64,000 nt of DNA from Alphaproteobacteria bacterium (GCA_028280675.1 JANQLI010000129.1:1833-65832), one strand, 5' to 3'. Counted from the stretch's first letter, positions 40,544 to 51,324 are shown. The notes: a model not told the origin generated them from the letters alone. Translations and numbers: made by a program.

Positions 40544-42745
40544 GTGAAACAGTCAAATGAGATTGCCAATCGCACCCTAGGCGGCAAAGTCATCACAAAT
40601 CTTGTAAACATTTTCAGACTGGTTCTCCAGCATCCACGCCAGAGTTTGCAACGCGTGAACACGCACACGCTTAAAAGATTTGTTTATTTGCTGATAAAGC
40701 AACCTCATCTGCTACAGGACGTCACCTCACAATATTCCGGTGAATTTAACCGTGAGAAGGCCCCATCCGTCTACCATTTGAAAAAGTTTAGTCCCGAGGA
40801 ATTGGATACGCTTGATTGGAGTTTGCCAGACCCTAAGAATCCTGTCGTTAGCGTCATCATCCCAGTTTATAATCAACTCAATTATACCTTAAACTGCCTT
40901 CTCTCGATTATTGAGAATCCACCGCAATGCAGCTTTGAAGTGATTGTTACCGATGATTGTTCAACCGATAACACGGAAGACGTACTCAAACGGATTGAAA
41001 ACCTTACATATAGACGAAACCCTGAGAATCTTGGCTTTTTACGCTCGTGCAATGCAGCGGCTGAAAATGCCAAAGGTGACTATATCTTTTTCCTCAATAA
41101 TGACACCTTAGTGACGCCCGGATGGCTTGATGAACTCCTCAAGGTTTTTCAATCGCAGCCAGATACGGGCATTGTTGGCTCCAAATTGATTTTTCCCGAT
41201 GGATATGTACAAGAATGCGGCGGTATTGTTTGGAGTAATGGTTTAGGATGGAATTATGGGCGAGGGAGTGACGCTCGTCTCCCAGAATTTAATTATCTTA
41301 AAGAATGCGATTATGTTTCCGGTGCAGCGCTTATGATTGGAATATCTCTCTTTCGGGACCTTGGTGGATTTGATGAGCGCTATGCACCGGCATATTATGA
41401 AGACACCGATCTGGGTTTGGCAGTGCGTGACATTGGAAAAAAAGTGTACGTGCAACCGCTATCCACAATTGTCCATTTCGAAGGCGTTTCAAGTGGAACA
41501 GATGTGACAGCGGGCGTTAAGAAACATCAAATCGTCAATCATCAAAATTTTCGAAAAAAATGGGGGTCACGATTAAGGAGTGATCATCACAATGAACGCA
41601 CTGATATGTTTACTGCCCGTGACCGATCCAAAGATAAAACATGTGTTCTTGTAATTGATCATTATGTTCCACACTTTGACCAAGACGCTGGATCGCGATC
41701 AACATATCTTTATCTCAAAGCATTGGTTACTGCAGGATACAACGTTAAGTTTTTAGGCGACAATTTCGCGCAACATGAACCCTACACAACAGAACTGCAG
41801 CAATTAGGAATTGAAGTTCTGTATGGAAATTATTATCAAAAATATTGGCGCGACTGGTTAACTCAAAACGCACAGCATATTGATGTCGTCTACATACATC
41901 GCCCGCATATAGCCAAAAAATATATCGATTTTATACGCGCTAAAAAACAAAAAATAAAAATTATTTATTTCGGTCACGATCTCCATTATCTCCGTCTTGA
42001 AAGAGAGGCTGTAATATCTTCTAAGCCATCACTCAAAAAGAAAATTGAAAAACAACGCAACGAAGAGTTTCAGATATTTACAAAGGCCGATCTCGTTTAC
42101 TATCCCTCGCAGGCTGAAATAGATGAAATCACAAAACACAATCCTGATTTAAACACCCGCGCCATTCCACTTTATGTTTTAAGTAACGAAGAAACTCTCC
42201 CTTATTCACATGTGGATAGAGAAGGTATATTATTCGTCGGTGGGTTTAATCACCCTCCAAATCTTGATGGAATATTATGGTTTATCGAGGAAATATTTCC
42301 ACGTATTCAAAAAGATATTCCTGATATTCAGTTGCACATCGTCGGCTCCAATATGCCCGACGAACTCTTGCGTCAAGGAAACAATTTCATCCACGCGCAT
42401 GGTTATCTGACGGAAGGGGACTTAGAGAGTTTATACCGACAGATACGCCTCTGCATCGCACCATTGCGTTACGGCGCGGGGGTCAAAGGAAAAATATTAG
42501 AATCTATGAAATATGGCATTCCTGTTGTAACAACGGAAACTGGCGCCGAAGGGATACCAAACGCTGCCTCATGCCTCGATATTCAAGATGATGCGGAAGA
42601 CTTTGCAATGAGTGTGGTAGATTTGTATAAAAACGAAAATAAATGCCGGGAACTCATAACAAGTGCGCAAAAGATAATTGAAGAATATTTTAGCGAAGAT
42701 GCTGTAATGAAAGTGATCAAACGTGACTTCACACCTTTTAAATAA
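40544..42745 (+). CDS. Two-domain glycosyltransferase: N-terminal GT2 (GT-A) fused to a C-terminal GT4-like (GT-B) domain
   Basis: GT2 signature (VSVIIPVYN...VTDDCSTDNT...DXD). The C-terminal domain carries a glycos_transf_1 motif (PLRYGAGVKGKILESMKYGIPVV) and is paralogous to the C-terminus of the 45233-47995 product. Confidence 0.7.
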   Translation: MKQSNEIANRTLGGKVITNLVNIFRLVLQHPRQSLQRVNTHTLKRFVYLLIKQPHLLQDVTSQYSGEFNREKAPSVYHLKKFSPEELDTLDWSLPDPKNPVVSVIIPVYNQLNYTLNCLLSIIENPPQCSFEVIVTDDCSTDNTEDVLKRIENLTYRRNPENLGFLRSCNAAAENAKGDYIFFLNNDTLVTPGWLDELLKVFQSQPDTGIVGSKLIFPDGYVQECGGIVWSNGLGWNYGRGSDARLPEFNYLKECDYVSGAALMIGISLFRDLGGFDERYAPAYYEDTDLGLAVRDIGKKVYVQPLSTIVHFEGVSSGTDVTAGVKKHQIVNHQNFRKKWGSRLRSDHHNERTDMFTARDRSKDKTCVLVIDHYVPHFDQDAGSRSTYLYLKALVTAGYNVKFLGDNFAQHEPYTTELQQLGIEVLYGNYYQKYWRDWLTQNAQHIDVVYIHRPHIAKKYIDFIRAKKQKIKIIYFGHDLHYLRLEREAVISSKPSLKKKIEKQRNEEFQIFTKADLVYYPSQAEIDEITKHNPDLNTRAIPLYVLSNEETLPYSHVDREGILFVGGFNHPPNLDGILWFIEEIFPRIQKDIPDIQLHIVGSNMPDELLRQGNNFIHAHGYLTEGDLESLYRQIRLCIAPLRYGAGVKGKILESMKYGIPVVTTETGAEGIPNAASCLDIQDDAEDFAMSVVDLYKNENKCRELITSAQKIIEEYFSEDAVMKVIKRDFTPFK

Positions 42746-42880
42746 CCCTCCTTGCCTTTTGCATTCTCAACGCTGCGTTATTGTGAACATTCATATTTTT
42801 AAGTATGCGTATGGATGAAATTTTTTCCATGAAGACTAATGTTACGAACGCAAACGTCGAATACAGCTAAGGTTCTGAGG

Positions 42881-44065
42881 ATGATAAGGGTCTATACTTC
42901 TTGCACGAAAAGTTATTTGCCGAAAGCGCGTGTGGTTGCTCATTCCCTTAAAGAACACCACCCAGATTACTTTTTTTTACTGGTCTTTAGCGATTCGCTC
43001 CCTAGAACTTTTAATCTTGAGAATGAGCCCTTTGATGCTGTGTTAACTATTGATGATATGAACATCGAAGATAAGACGCGATGGATATTTACGCATAATG
43101 TCGTTGAGCTTTGCACTGCTGTTAAAGGATATGCCCTGAAATACTTACTCAGTATGGAGAACACGGATGCGGTTTTCTATCTTGACCCTGATATATGGGT
43201 GCTGAGCTCTTTTGACTCCCTCGTCAACTTATTTAAGCAATATGATATACTTCTCACGCCCCACATTCTTGCGCCAGAAACTGAGAAATGGGAGATCCAT
43301 GCGAAGGAAATCGTCACAACTCTCGCCCATGGCGTGTTCAATCTCGGATTCATAGGGATCAAAAATTCACCTGAAGGACACGCTTTTGCGGAATGGTGGA
43401 AACAACGTCTTATGTATTTTTGCTATGATGACGTCCCGCTTGGAATTTTTACAGATCAACGTTGGTGCGATCTCGCTCCGATCTTTTTTCCTTCAGCACA
43501 TATCGTACGCGACAAGGGGTGTAATGTTGCGACATGGAATATTACACACCGTCCCATAACGCGGTCTGGAGAAACTTTTTACGCTGATAATGAACCGATC
43601 AAATTTTATCACTTCACAGGATTTGATGCAGGGAGAAATTTCAGCGACCTATTATTGAAGCACGCAGAAGAGCATCCAGCAGCACTCGATCTATGGAATG
43701 CTTATGGAGATTACCTCAAACAACATGGTCATTCTGATGAATCGTTAAAACATTGGAAATACGAGCACTTTGCAAACGGAAAAAGGATCAGTGCAAAGTC
43801 GCGCCAAGTCTACCGTGATAATCATGAACTTCAAGAGAACTATCCGGATCCTTTTGCGGAAGGTGAAAGCAGCTATTATGATTGGTGCAATTCGGTTGGA
43901 TTGTTAAATGAAGATTCTGATTCTTGGACTCATGAACGTTACGAACTAGAAAGTAAATATGAAAGTCAAATTGAAAATCTACATGAGGATATAGATCGTA
44001 TCTATAATTCATTTAGCTGGAAAATTACAATGCCACTTCGCCAGATTAAAAGATTATTTAGCTAA
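42881..44065 (+). CDS. Putative GT-A-fold glycosyltransferase (DXD-type), family uncertain
   Basis: YLDPDIWVL DXD-like motif and sugar-nucleotide transferase-like hydrophobic patterning. No firm family assignment. Confidence 0.3.
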   Translation: MIRVYTSCTKSYLPKARVVAHSLKEHHPDYFFLLVFSDSLPRTFNLENEPFDAVLTIDDMNIEDKTRWIFTHNVVELCTAVKGYALKYLLSMENTDAVFYLDPDIWVLSSFDSLVNLFKQYDILLTPHILAPETEKWEIHAKEIVTTLAHGVFNLGFIGIKNSPEGHAFAEWWKQRLMYFCYDDVPLGIFTDQRWCDLAPIFFPSAHIVRDKGCNVATWNITHRPITRSGETFYADNEPIKFYHFTGFDAGRNFSDLLLKHAEEHPAALDLWNAYGDYLKQHGHSDESLKHWKYEHFANGKRISAKSRQVYRDNHELQENYPDPFAEGESSYYDWCNSVGLLNEDSDSWTHERYELESKYESQIENLHEDIDRIYNSFSWKITMPLRQIKRLFS

Positions 44066-44141
44066 AAAGACAATTTAGAGCTCAAGCAATCAATTATAAA
44101 TATAAACAACAGATTGATATCTTACCCCTTGGAAGACAAAG

Positions 44142-45236
44142 ATGGCAAAACCAGTACTAGTTCTTCATATCGGTCTACCAAAAACAGGCTCCACAGCAGC
44201 CCAAGAGTTTCTCTATGCCAATAGAGAATTACTCAAGACGCAGAAAATTTATTATCCCAACACAGGTATTATTGATGGAGCGCATCATCTATTAGCTACA
44301 TCGCTTTTAAAGCGCGTCCCCCCCGCTTTGCAAAAATTACCTCGACCTAACTCGCAAGCGATTTATCGAGATCTCATAAATAATTTTAATCACTCTGGAT
44401 GTAATACAATGCTCCTTAGTACAGAGTATTTTTCATTATTTGGTTTTCCATATCAGAAACATGGCCGAGAATTTATTGCAGATTTTTTTCGTGATTTCGA
44501 CATACGCATCCTCGCCTATCTTCGCCATCAATTACCCCGCTATGAATCTACGTACAGCCAAGAGGTGCGAAACGCAAAACTATCCCAACCTGTGTACCAC
44601 CAAGAATTTTTTCAGGATTTTATATCGCGAAAGGGAAATTACTACACATTTCTAATTGACCAGTGGGCTGAAACATTTGGAAAGTCAGGACTTATAATCA
44701 GGCCTTTTGTACGATCTCTTTTGCACAAGCGGAATATAATATATGATGTACTAGACCAAATTAACGCACCCTTAGATGCCACATGGAAATTTCCAATGCA
44801 CGAAGCTAATCAGGCTCTTTCGTATTATCGTATTGATCTCCTCAACAAACTTACTACCCTGTCACTTCCTAGAGATGTTAAAGACTCATCTTATGATGCA
44901 ATATCATCACTTCCGCTTCTTGACTGTGAGCGCGTCAAAACAACCATACTGTCTGACAAAGAGCGGGCCCTTTTGATCACACAATTTGAAGAAGATAATC
45001 AGAAACTAAATTTAAAGTATAAAGATGCTCTCAAAGGCCTTACGCTTGATGCACAACAGTTAGATAAAACACCAAAATACCATGAAGGCCTTGATCATAT
45101 TTTTCTCCATCAATTTGCAGATAAATTCTCCGATAAGCATAATGATCTAGGACGAGAGTTAAGTACATTAATCCTCTCACAATGCAAGCAAGACGATATG
45201 TTAAAATCATTTGCTGATCAGCTCAATAAACTATGA
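44142..45236 (+). CDS. P-loop sulfotransferase-like protein
   Basis: N-terminal LVLHIGLPKTGSTAAQ resembles the sulfotransferase 5'-PSB P-loop. It is paralogous to the N-domain of the next gene. A sulfotransferase function is inferred only. Confidence 0.35.
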   Translation: MAKPVLVLHIGLPKTGSTAAQEFLYANRELLKTQKIYYPNTGIIDGAHHLLATSLLKRVPPALQKLPRPNSQAIYRDLINNFNHSGCNTMLLSTEYFSLFGFPYQKHGREFIADFFRDFDIRILAYLRHQLPRYESTYSQEVRNAKLSQPVYHQEFFQDFISRKGNYYTFLIDQWAETFGKSGLIIRPFVRSLLHKRNIIYDVLDQINAPLDATWKFPMHEANQALSYYRIDLLNKLTTLSLPRDVKDSSYDAISSLPLLDCERVKTTILSDKERALLITQFEEDNQKLNLKYKDALKGLTLDAQQLDKTPKYHEGLDHIFLHQFADKFSDKHNDLGRELSTLILSQCKQDDMLKSFADQLNKL

Positions 45237-47995
45237 AGAAGATTATAATCCATATCGGCATTCATCGGACAGCCACCACAGCTCTTCAGTCATTTTTACG
45301 TGAGAATAAGCTCCTGCTGGAGGATCATTCTATTAGGATTCCAGAGACTGGTTATGCATTGGGGTCATCTCATCAATTGCCTTGGTGTTTTCTTCGAGAT
45401 CTTCCTACTCATTACCCAGTATCACCTTTATCGCACAGAGAGTTATTTAATAACTTAATTGAAGAAATTGATTCCCGGCCCGAAAGCATTTTTATCCTTT
45501 CAAGTGAAGACTTCTGCTTAATTGACAAAGATTCAGCAAAGGAAAATCCAAGCCTTGATGAAATTGCAAACTATTTAAAGAAGTATGATGTGACCATCAT
45601 CGCTTATCTTCGTAATCAAGTTGAATTCATATCTTCCTATTTAAATCAGGCTATTAAAGCTTACGACACCCGAATCGTCCCCCAAACAGCCGAATCCGTA
45701 AACTCCTATTTCAAGAATGTATTGGATTATGAAAAACTTCTAGAGCGCTGGGGTAAAGCTTTTGGAGAAGACAATCTTTGTGTTCGTTCATTTCATCTTG
45801 CAGTGAGCGAAGACGGTATTATTGCTGACTTCCTCTCACAAGTTGGTATTGAGATGGAGTTAAAGACCTCAACTCCAACAAATCAGTCTCTTGATGAGAA
45901 AACGTTGTCTTTTCGCAAATACCTAAATACGCTTCCCGTTGAAACTGTTACATTAGCGGATTTAGAGAGCGGTCTAAACGCACTATCACGTGATACTCCT
46001 GCTGCATCTTTAGATCGGGCAACAGCTAAAAAATATCAGGGCGTATATACAGAAATAAATCAAAGAGTAGCAGCATCTTTTTCACCACTGAACCCACTTA
46101 ACTTCTTGCCTCCCATCAACGATCAGTTATACCCTGAGATATTAACTGATAGACATATATCTCTTGATGATAAACTTAACTTATCAAATGCGTTATTTGC
46201 TCAGCTCTCTAGTGATCACCTCAATACAATAACTAGAATTGAACAAGATTTTGTTCTGTTGAGAGAAGATCTGCATGGTATACGCGAGGATACACATCAA
46301 GCCCGTGATGATTTCCATATGCAGAGGGACGATTTTCAACTGCAAAGGAAAGAATTCGTTAAACAGGAGGAGGAATACAATAAGCTAAAACAGAAGCTAT
46401 TAGAAATAAGAGGTGAGCTCAATGAATTGAAAGAGTCCCACTCTTACCAAGTTCATGCCCTCCAAGATAATCTGTTGCAATCAGAACATATTCACACTGA
46501 TATGGCTATGCAGAGCTTTCGCCGCGCGCGCAGAGCTATTTCACCCCGCAGACGGCTGAATGAAACCTTCGGAAAGGATGAACGCATTATTCAATTTTCG
46601 CCTCTTTTTGATGAATCGTATTACCGAGACCTATATTTAAAGGACTCAACAACCAGACTAACAGCAGCCAAACACTATTTAAAAATTGGCGCTGCAGCAG
46701 GGTTTAATCCATCAGCTCACTTTAATACGATTGAGTATATTCGCTCTCATGCGCATGTTGCATTAGCGGGCATCAACCCGATCGTCCACGCTGAGCAAAC
46801 CAGATATACATTACCCGAGAGCAAAACTAATGTTACCGCACATAAAAAACAGCATATCGTGATCATTGACCATGAGATTCCAAAGTTCGACCAGAACGCA
46901 GGTGCGCGGCATACACATCATTATATCAAGTTATTTCTTGAACTCGACTATGACGTCACTTTCCTTCCGTTTTGCGATGATCCAGTTGATTTGAGTCTTC
47001 TGCAATCTATACGACAAATGGGGGTCACTGTTTTAACGCACGAAGAAGAAAACAAAATATGGACGCCGGCAGCCTGGCATGGCTGGTTAGAGACAAACCA
47101 GAGCCAAATCAATTTGGTATATATTCACCGCCCACATGTTGCCGAACACTATATGAGTTATTGCAAGAATATACTTGAGCTTCCTGTCTGGTATATGTGT
47201 CATGATCTCCATTATCTACGTCTTCAAAGAGAGGCAGCTATTAAAGGCAAAGACAGTGAACAAGCACTCATTATGAAAGAAAAAGAACGCCACTTTTTTG
47301 CCATGGCAGATCTCAATTTTACACCAAGCCGAGAGGAGGAACGCTTGGTGAGAGAAGAATTCGGCATCACGTCGATTAAGACTCTACCATTATATCTGTA
47401 TGATGATCAAAGTAAGTCCAGTTCAATAGCAGAGAGAAGCGAGCGTATTCTTTTTGTCGGTAGCTTTCAACATCAACCGAACATAGACGGTTTACGCTGG
47501 TTTATTGAACACATATACCCGAAGATAAAAACCAAAACGCCCAACATCTTGATTGATATTGTAGGAAAAAATCCACCTTCTGACTTTACATCGCTAGAGG
47601 ACAGCCAACTTATTTTCCATGGTTATGTGGGTGATGAAGAGCTGGAGTTATTATATGCACAGGTCAAAGTTGTCGTGATGCCATTACGGTATGGGGCAGG
47701 CGTCAAAGGCAAAGTGCTTGAGGCAATGCGCCACGGTGTGCCATTTGTGGCTACATCATGCGCCTTAGAGGGTATTCCAGAACTTGCCGGAATAATTCCC
47801 GCTACCGATGATGACATTAGCTTCGCCAATGCTGTTTTAACAATGCTCACAAAAAATGAGCACGATTTGAAAATTTTGACAGACCAATTCGCTGAAATCA
47901 TTCAGACATTTTATTCTTTGCGGGCTGGGAAAAGCTTGATGGCACCGCTCCTTGAGGAATATTTATTACCCCAATCGGAGCGGACAAATCAATGA
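45233..47995 (+). CDS. Three-part protein: sulfotransferase-like P-loop domain + long coiled coil + GT4 glycosyltransferase domain
   Basis: N-terminus IIIHIGIHRTATTALQ is paralogous to the 44142 product. The central part is heptad-rich (EQDFVLLREDLHGIREDTHQARDDFHMQRDDFQLQRKEFVKQEEEYNKLKQKLLEIRGELNELK). The C-terminus has a GT-B fold (PLRYGAGVKGKVLEAMRHGVPFV) and is paralogous to the C-terminus of the 40544 product. Confidence 0.5.
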   Translation: MKKIIIHIGIHRTATTALQSFLRENKLLLEDHSIRIPETGYALGSSHQLPWCFLRDLPTHYPVSPLSHRELFNNLIEEIDSRPESIFILSSEDFCLIDKDSAKENPSLDEIANYLKKYDVTIIAYLRNQVEFISSYLNQAIKAYDTRIVPQTAESVNSYFKNVLDYEKLLERWGKAFGEDNLCVRSFHLAVSEDGIIADFLSQVGIEMELKTSTPTNQSLDEKTLSFRKYLNTLPVETVTLADLESGLNALSRDTPAASLDRATAKKYQGVYTEINQRVAASFSPLNPLNFLPPINDQLYPEILTDRHISLDDKLNLSNALFAQLSSDHLNTITRIEQDFVLLREDLHGIREDTHQARDDFHMQRDDFQLQRKEFVKQEEEYNKLKQKLLEIRGELNELKESHSYQVHALQDNLLQSEHIHTDMAMQSFRRARRAISPRRRLNETFGKDERIIQFSPLFDESYYRDLYLKDSTTRLTAAKHYLKIGAAAGFNPSAHFNTIEYIRSHAHVALAGINPIVHAEQTRYTLPESKTNVTAHKKQHIVIIDHEIPKFDQNAGARHTHHYIKLFLELDYDVTFLPFCDDPVDLSLLQSIRQMGVTVLTHEEENKIWTPAAWHGWLETNQSQINLVYIHRPHVAEHYMSYCKNILELPVWYMCHDLHYLRLQREAAIKGKDSEQALIMKEKERHFFAMADLNFTPSREEERLVREEFGITSIKTLPLYLYDDQSKSSSIAERSERILFVGSFQHQPNIDGLRWFIEHIYPKIKTKTPNILIDIVGKNPPSDFTSLEDSQLIFHGYVGDEELELLYAQVKVVVMPLRYGAGVKGKVLEAMRHGVPFVATSCALEGIPELAGIIPATDDDISFANAVLTMLTKNEHDLKILTDQFAEIIQTFYSLRAGKSLMAPLLEEYLLPQSERTNQ

Positions 47996-48066
47996 ACGCG
48001 GCTGTTTACATTTCACACGCGCCCTACCAAGGAAAATCTGGCTAACTTTTTCCTAGGGAGCAATTC

Positions 48067-49968
48067 GTGCCGAATTACTATCGCCCAGAAATTGATGGTC
48101 TCCGCGCAATAGCGGTTGTGAGCGTTATTCTATTTCATGCGGAGTTTACGTTATCTGGGACAACCCTCTTTCAGGGAGGATACATCGGAGTTGATGTGTT
48201 TTTTGTGATCTCCGGTTATCTCATCACACTCATCATCATCAGAGAATTGGCACAAGATAAATTTAGCCTAAAGAATTTTTATGAACGGCGCGCTCGGCGT
48301 ATTATGCCAATATTACTAACCGTGACGTTGTTAACAACATTGGCAGCGCTCTTTCTCATGCCTCCCCAACCGCTGATGTCGTTTTCTTTGTCAGCGATCA
48401 CGACATTGTTTTTTAGCTCAAACATTTACTTCTTTTTAGACAGCAATTATTGGGCGGAGCCAAGCGCGCTGAAGCCACTACTACACACCTGGAGCTTAGC
48501 GGTTGAGGAACAATTTTATATTTTGTATCCGTTTATGTTAATAGCACTGTGGCGATACTTTAAGAATCACCTTGTTTTTATTCTTGGTCTCATAACAATC
48601 ACGTCTTTAGGTCTCGCACAATACGGAAGCTCTCAATTTATAGAAGCGAATTTCTATCTCCTTCCGTCACGGGGCTGGGAATTGATGGCTGGTGCTATCC
48701 TTGCTCACATCGAGTTAACATCTGGGCGTAAAATTGAGAGTCGATTTACTAAGGCCTTACCCATTCTGGGATTCGTTTTCATTATTTGTGCGGTTTTGCT
48801 ATTTGACGAGACAACTCCACACCCTTCCTTAGTTACACTTCTCCCAGTCGCAGGAACCATGCTGCTTATTTGGTTCTCGCAAGAAGGAGATTACATAACT
48901 TGGCTCTTAAGTCGTCAAATATGCGTCCGCATCGGCCTTCTTTCATATTCACTCTATATGTGGCATTTCCCACTTTTTGCTTTTTCAAGACTCACACAAG
49001 CATCAGAATCAAATTTAGATAAATTTCTGATCATTATGTTGACAACAATTCTGTCTTCTATCGGCTATATAGCGATTGAAAGAAGGGCGCGCATTCAAAA
49101 TAAGCTGTCCACGAAGCTATTCCTGATGATCGTCGTCACGGCATCACTTATTATTCTCATATTAAATGTTTATGCACTCCAGGCCAGAGGATCATTAACG
49201 GGCTCAGAAGAAGATGAAATCGCATTCGGTCCATATGACTACGCCAATGATTACCTAGCGCATACATGCTTTCTTGAGCCAGATGATATGTCTGAACCGC
49301 TTCCCTTTAAAAGGTGCACTGCAAAAGGGAAAACTGACGGCCCCACAATGCTTTTATGGGGTGATAGTCACGCTGCCCACCTCATACCCGGACTTATTGA
49401 GAATTTTGCCGATACATATAATATCATTATTCGGACATCCTCAGACTGTAGACCTATTTTAAATCGCAATCCAAAACACAGGCCCTTCTGCAAGAACATC
49501 AATGATAATATTTTTCAATATGTCAAAGAGACAAGGCCATCGCATGTGTTAATAGCGGGCAGATGGCAAAGGGAACAATATACTTTAACAGTCTCACTTA
49601 TCAAAGAATTGAAACGAGCGGGTGTCAAATTTATATATGTTGTTGGTCCAGTGCCCCATTGGTCTAAAGGCTTGCCGATTCGGCTTTATCAACAGCTTGG
49701 CCCCCAGGAAATTCCGAATATATATTCCATCCCGCAATATTTGCTTGATGATAGGAATGAGCCCTATATCGCTATGGACCAAAAGATGCAGGAGTTTTTC
49801 AGTGAGTTGGACGTTACATATATATCACCCATATCTATACTATGCCGACCGGAAAAGGGCTGTCTTACCTATGCAGGAGACAAAGATAAAGCCCTCGTGC
49901 AGTGGGATTCATCTCATCTGACGCGTCATGGCTCCTCATACTTAGTTAGACGTTTTGAAATACGGTGA
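48067..49968 (+). CDS. Acyltransferase-3 (OafA/YrhL) family O-acyltransferase with C-terminal SGNH domain
   Basis: N-terminal motif EIDGLRAIAV...FFVISGYLIT, about 10 TM helices, and a C-terminal SGNH-like hydrolase region. Confidence 0.8.
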   Translation: MPNYYRPEIDGLRAIAVVSVILFHAEFTLSGTTLFQGGYIGVDVFFVISGYLITLIIIRELAQDKFSLKNFYERRARRIMPILLTVTLLTTLAALFLMPPQPLMSFSLSAITTLFFSSNIYFFLDSNYWAEPSALKPLLHTWSLAVEEQFYILYPFMLIALWRYFKNHLVFILGLITITSLGLAQYGSSQFIEANFYLLPSRGWELMAGAILAHIELTSGRKIESRFTKALPILGFVFIICAVLLFDETTPHPSLVTLLPVAGTMLLIWFSQEGDYITWLLSRQICVRIGLLSYSLYMWHFPLFAFSRLTQASESNLDKFLIIMLTTILSSIGYIAIERRARIQNKLSTKLFLMIVVTASLIILILNVYALQARGSLTGSEEDEIAFGPYDYANDYLAHTCFLEPDDMSEPLPFKRCTAKGKTDGPTMLLWGDSHAAHLIPGLIENFADTYNIIIRTSSDCRPILNRNPKHRPFCKNINDNIFQYVKETRPSHVLIAGRWQREQYTLTVSLIKELKRAGVKFIYVVGPVPHWSKGLPIRLYQQLGPQEIPNIYSIPQYLLDDRNEPYIAMDQKMQEFFSELDVTYISPISILCRPEKGCLTYAGDKDKALVQWDSSHLTRHGSSYLVRRFEIR

Positions 49969-50028
49969 TAAAGTGATTGAAAAATATGTATAGCTGAATG
50001 TTGAACATCTAAGTTTAGGGGAAAAGGG

Positions 50029-51324
50029 GTGCCGCTCTCTGTCAGAAGATCTTACCGTGCCGCCGCGAATGCAATTTCCCGAGGGGAGGGTTGGGGGACT
50101 CTCACACGCATCAAAAATGAACTTCAAATGTCACCCGCGATGGAAAAAAGTGGCGATCTCTTTCGCTCTCTCTACAACCATCGCAATATTGATTGCGCGG
50201 CTAACCTCCTGAGCACATCAAATGGGTCAAAGTTTTTTGATTACGAACTGAGCACCATGGTGCCGGCAGCATACATGCCCCGCGTGCATACGGCATCGCA
50301 TTCCACACTTCTGCCCACACGTGCGGTTTATCCAAATGATTGGCAATTTGACGGATACTTTGACCACATTGCTTACGATAATAAAGGCAATCCCATCCCA
50401 TCGGCCAATCACCTTATCTCGCGCTATAAAGGGTATTTAGACAATCCGGAAATGCAAAATAAAGACATCAAGTTAACCCCCCTAGGGGGCCCCCATTATC
50501 ATATGGGTTTCTTAATCACCCATTATGGCCACTTTATACTCGAGGTATTGACCCGCTATTGGCATGCTTTGCAAACGGGCGTCGATCCAAACACCATTTT
50601 TGTGTTTCATATATGGCAACGCGATATTGAGAATGCTTTGAATGACGCTCTTAAAAATCGCCTTTTTAAAGGTTATTGGGCGGACTATCTCAATGCCCTT
50701 GGCTTGTCTCAAGAAAACACGCTCTTTCTGACGCACCCAACATCATTTCACTCAATAACCCTGCCGCAATATGCGGTCAGCCTGTCCGCCTCCGACTGTT
50801 TTATCAGTGATGCAGCTCTTCCTGTTTGGCGTTTTTTAAATAGTGAAATGTCCGCTGCCTATTATACAAATAATCCAGAAAAAAACTTTGGCGATCGCGT
50901 TTACATTTCGCGTCGTAAGGTCGCCAATCCTAACCGCGGCAGAGTCTATAGCAATGAAGCTGAGATTGAGGATCTTTTTCGTTCAAAAGGGTTTTTCATT
51001 CTCTACCCTGAAGACCTCGAATCTGAATATGAAAAACAAGCCGTGCTCTCAAATGTGCGCTTTCTCGCAGGCGCACCTGGGTCGGGCCTGCTAAGTTCAG
51101 TCTTTATTCCGCATCAGGCTGATGTCTTGATGATCATCAGTGAACAAGCCTACAAAACCAATCCAGCCGTGATCCATCAAATAGCCATGAATACCCTGGT
51201 GGGACATCGCACACACGCATATTTCGAGCATGATCTCGCGATGGGATCGGAGCCCCAACAACCTCCGATAAACTTAACAAAACTTGAAAAGGCGCTTGAT
51301 AAGACTCTGTCTTCCTGCCTATAG
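50029..51324 (+). CDS. GT61/DUF563-family glycosyltransferase (paralog 1 of 3)
   Basis: YHMGFLITHYGHFILEVLTRYW and the C-terminal ...EAEIEDLFRSKGFFILYPEDLESEYEKQAVLSNVRFLAGAPGSGLLSSVF match DUF563 core motifs. Probable GTG start. Confidence 0.5.
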   Translation: MPLSVRRSYRAAANAISRGEGWGTLTRIKNELQMSPAMEKSGDLFRSLYNHRNIDCAANLLSTSNGSKFFDYELSTMVPAAYMPRVHTASHSTLLPTRAVYPNDWQFDGYFDHIAYDNKGNPIPSANHLISRYKGYLDNPEMQNKDIKLTPLGGPHYHMGFLITHYGHFILEVLTRYWHALQTGVDPNTIFVFHIWQRDIENALNDALKNRLFKGYWADYLNALGLSQENTLFLTHPTSFHSITLPQYAVSLSASDCFISDAALPVWRFLNSEMSAAYYTNNPEKNFGDRVYISRRKVANPNRGRVYSNEAEIEDLFRSKGFFILYPEDLESEYEKQAVLSNVRFLAGAPGSGLLSSVFIPHQADVLMIISEQAYKTNPAVIHQIAMNTLVGHRTHAYFEHDLAMGSEPQQPPINLTKLEKALDKTLSSCL

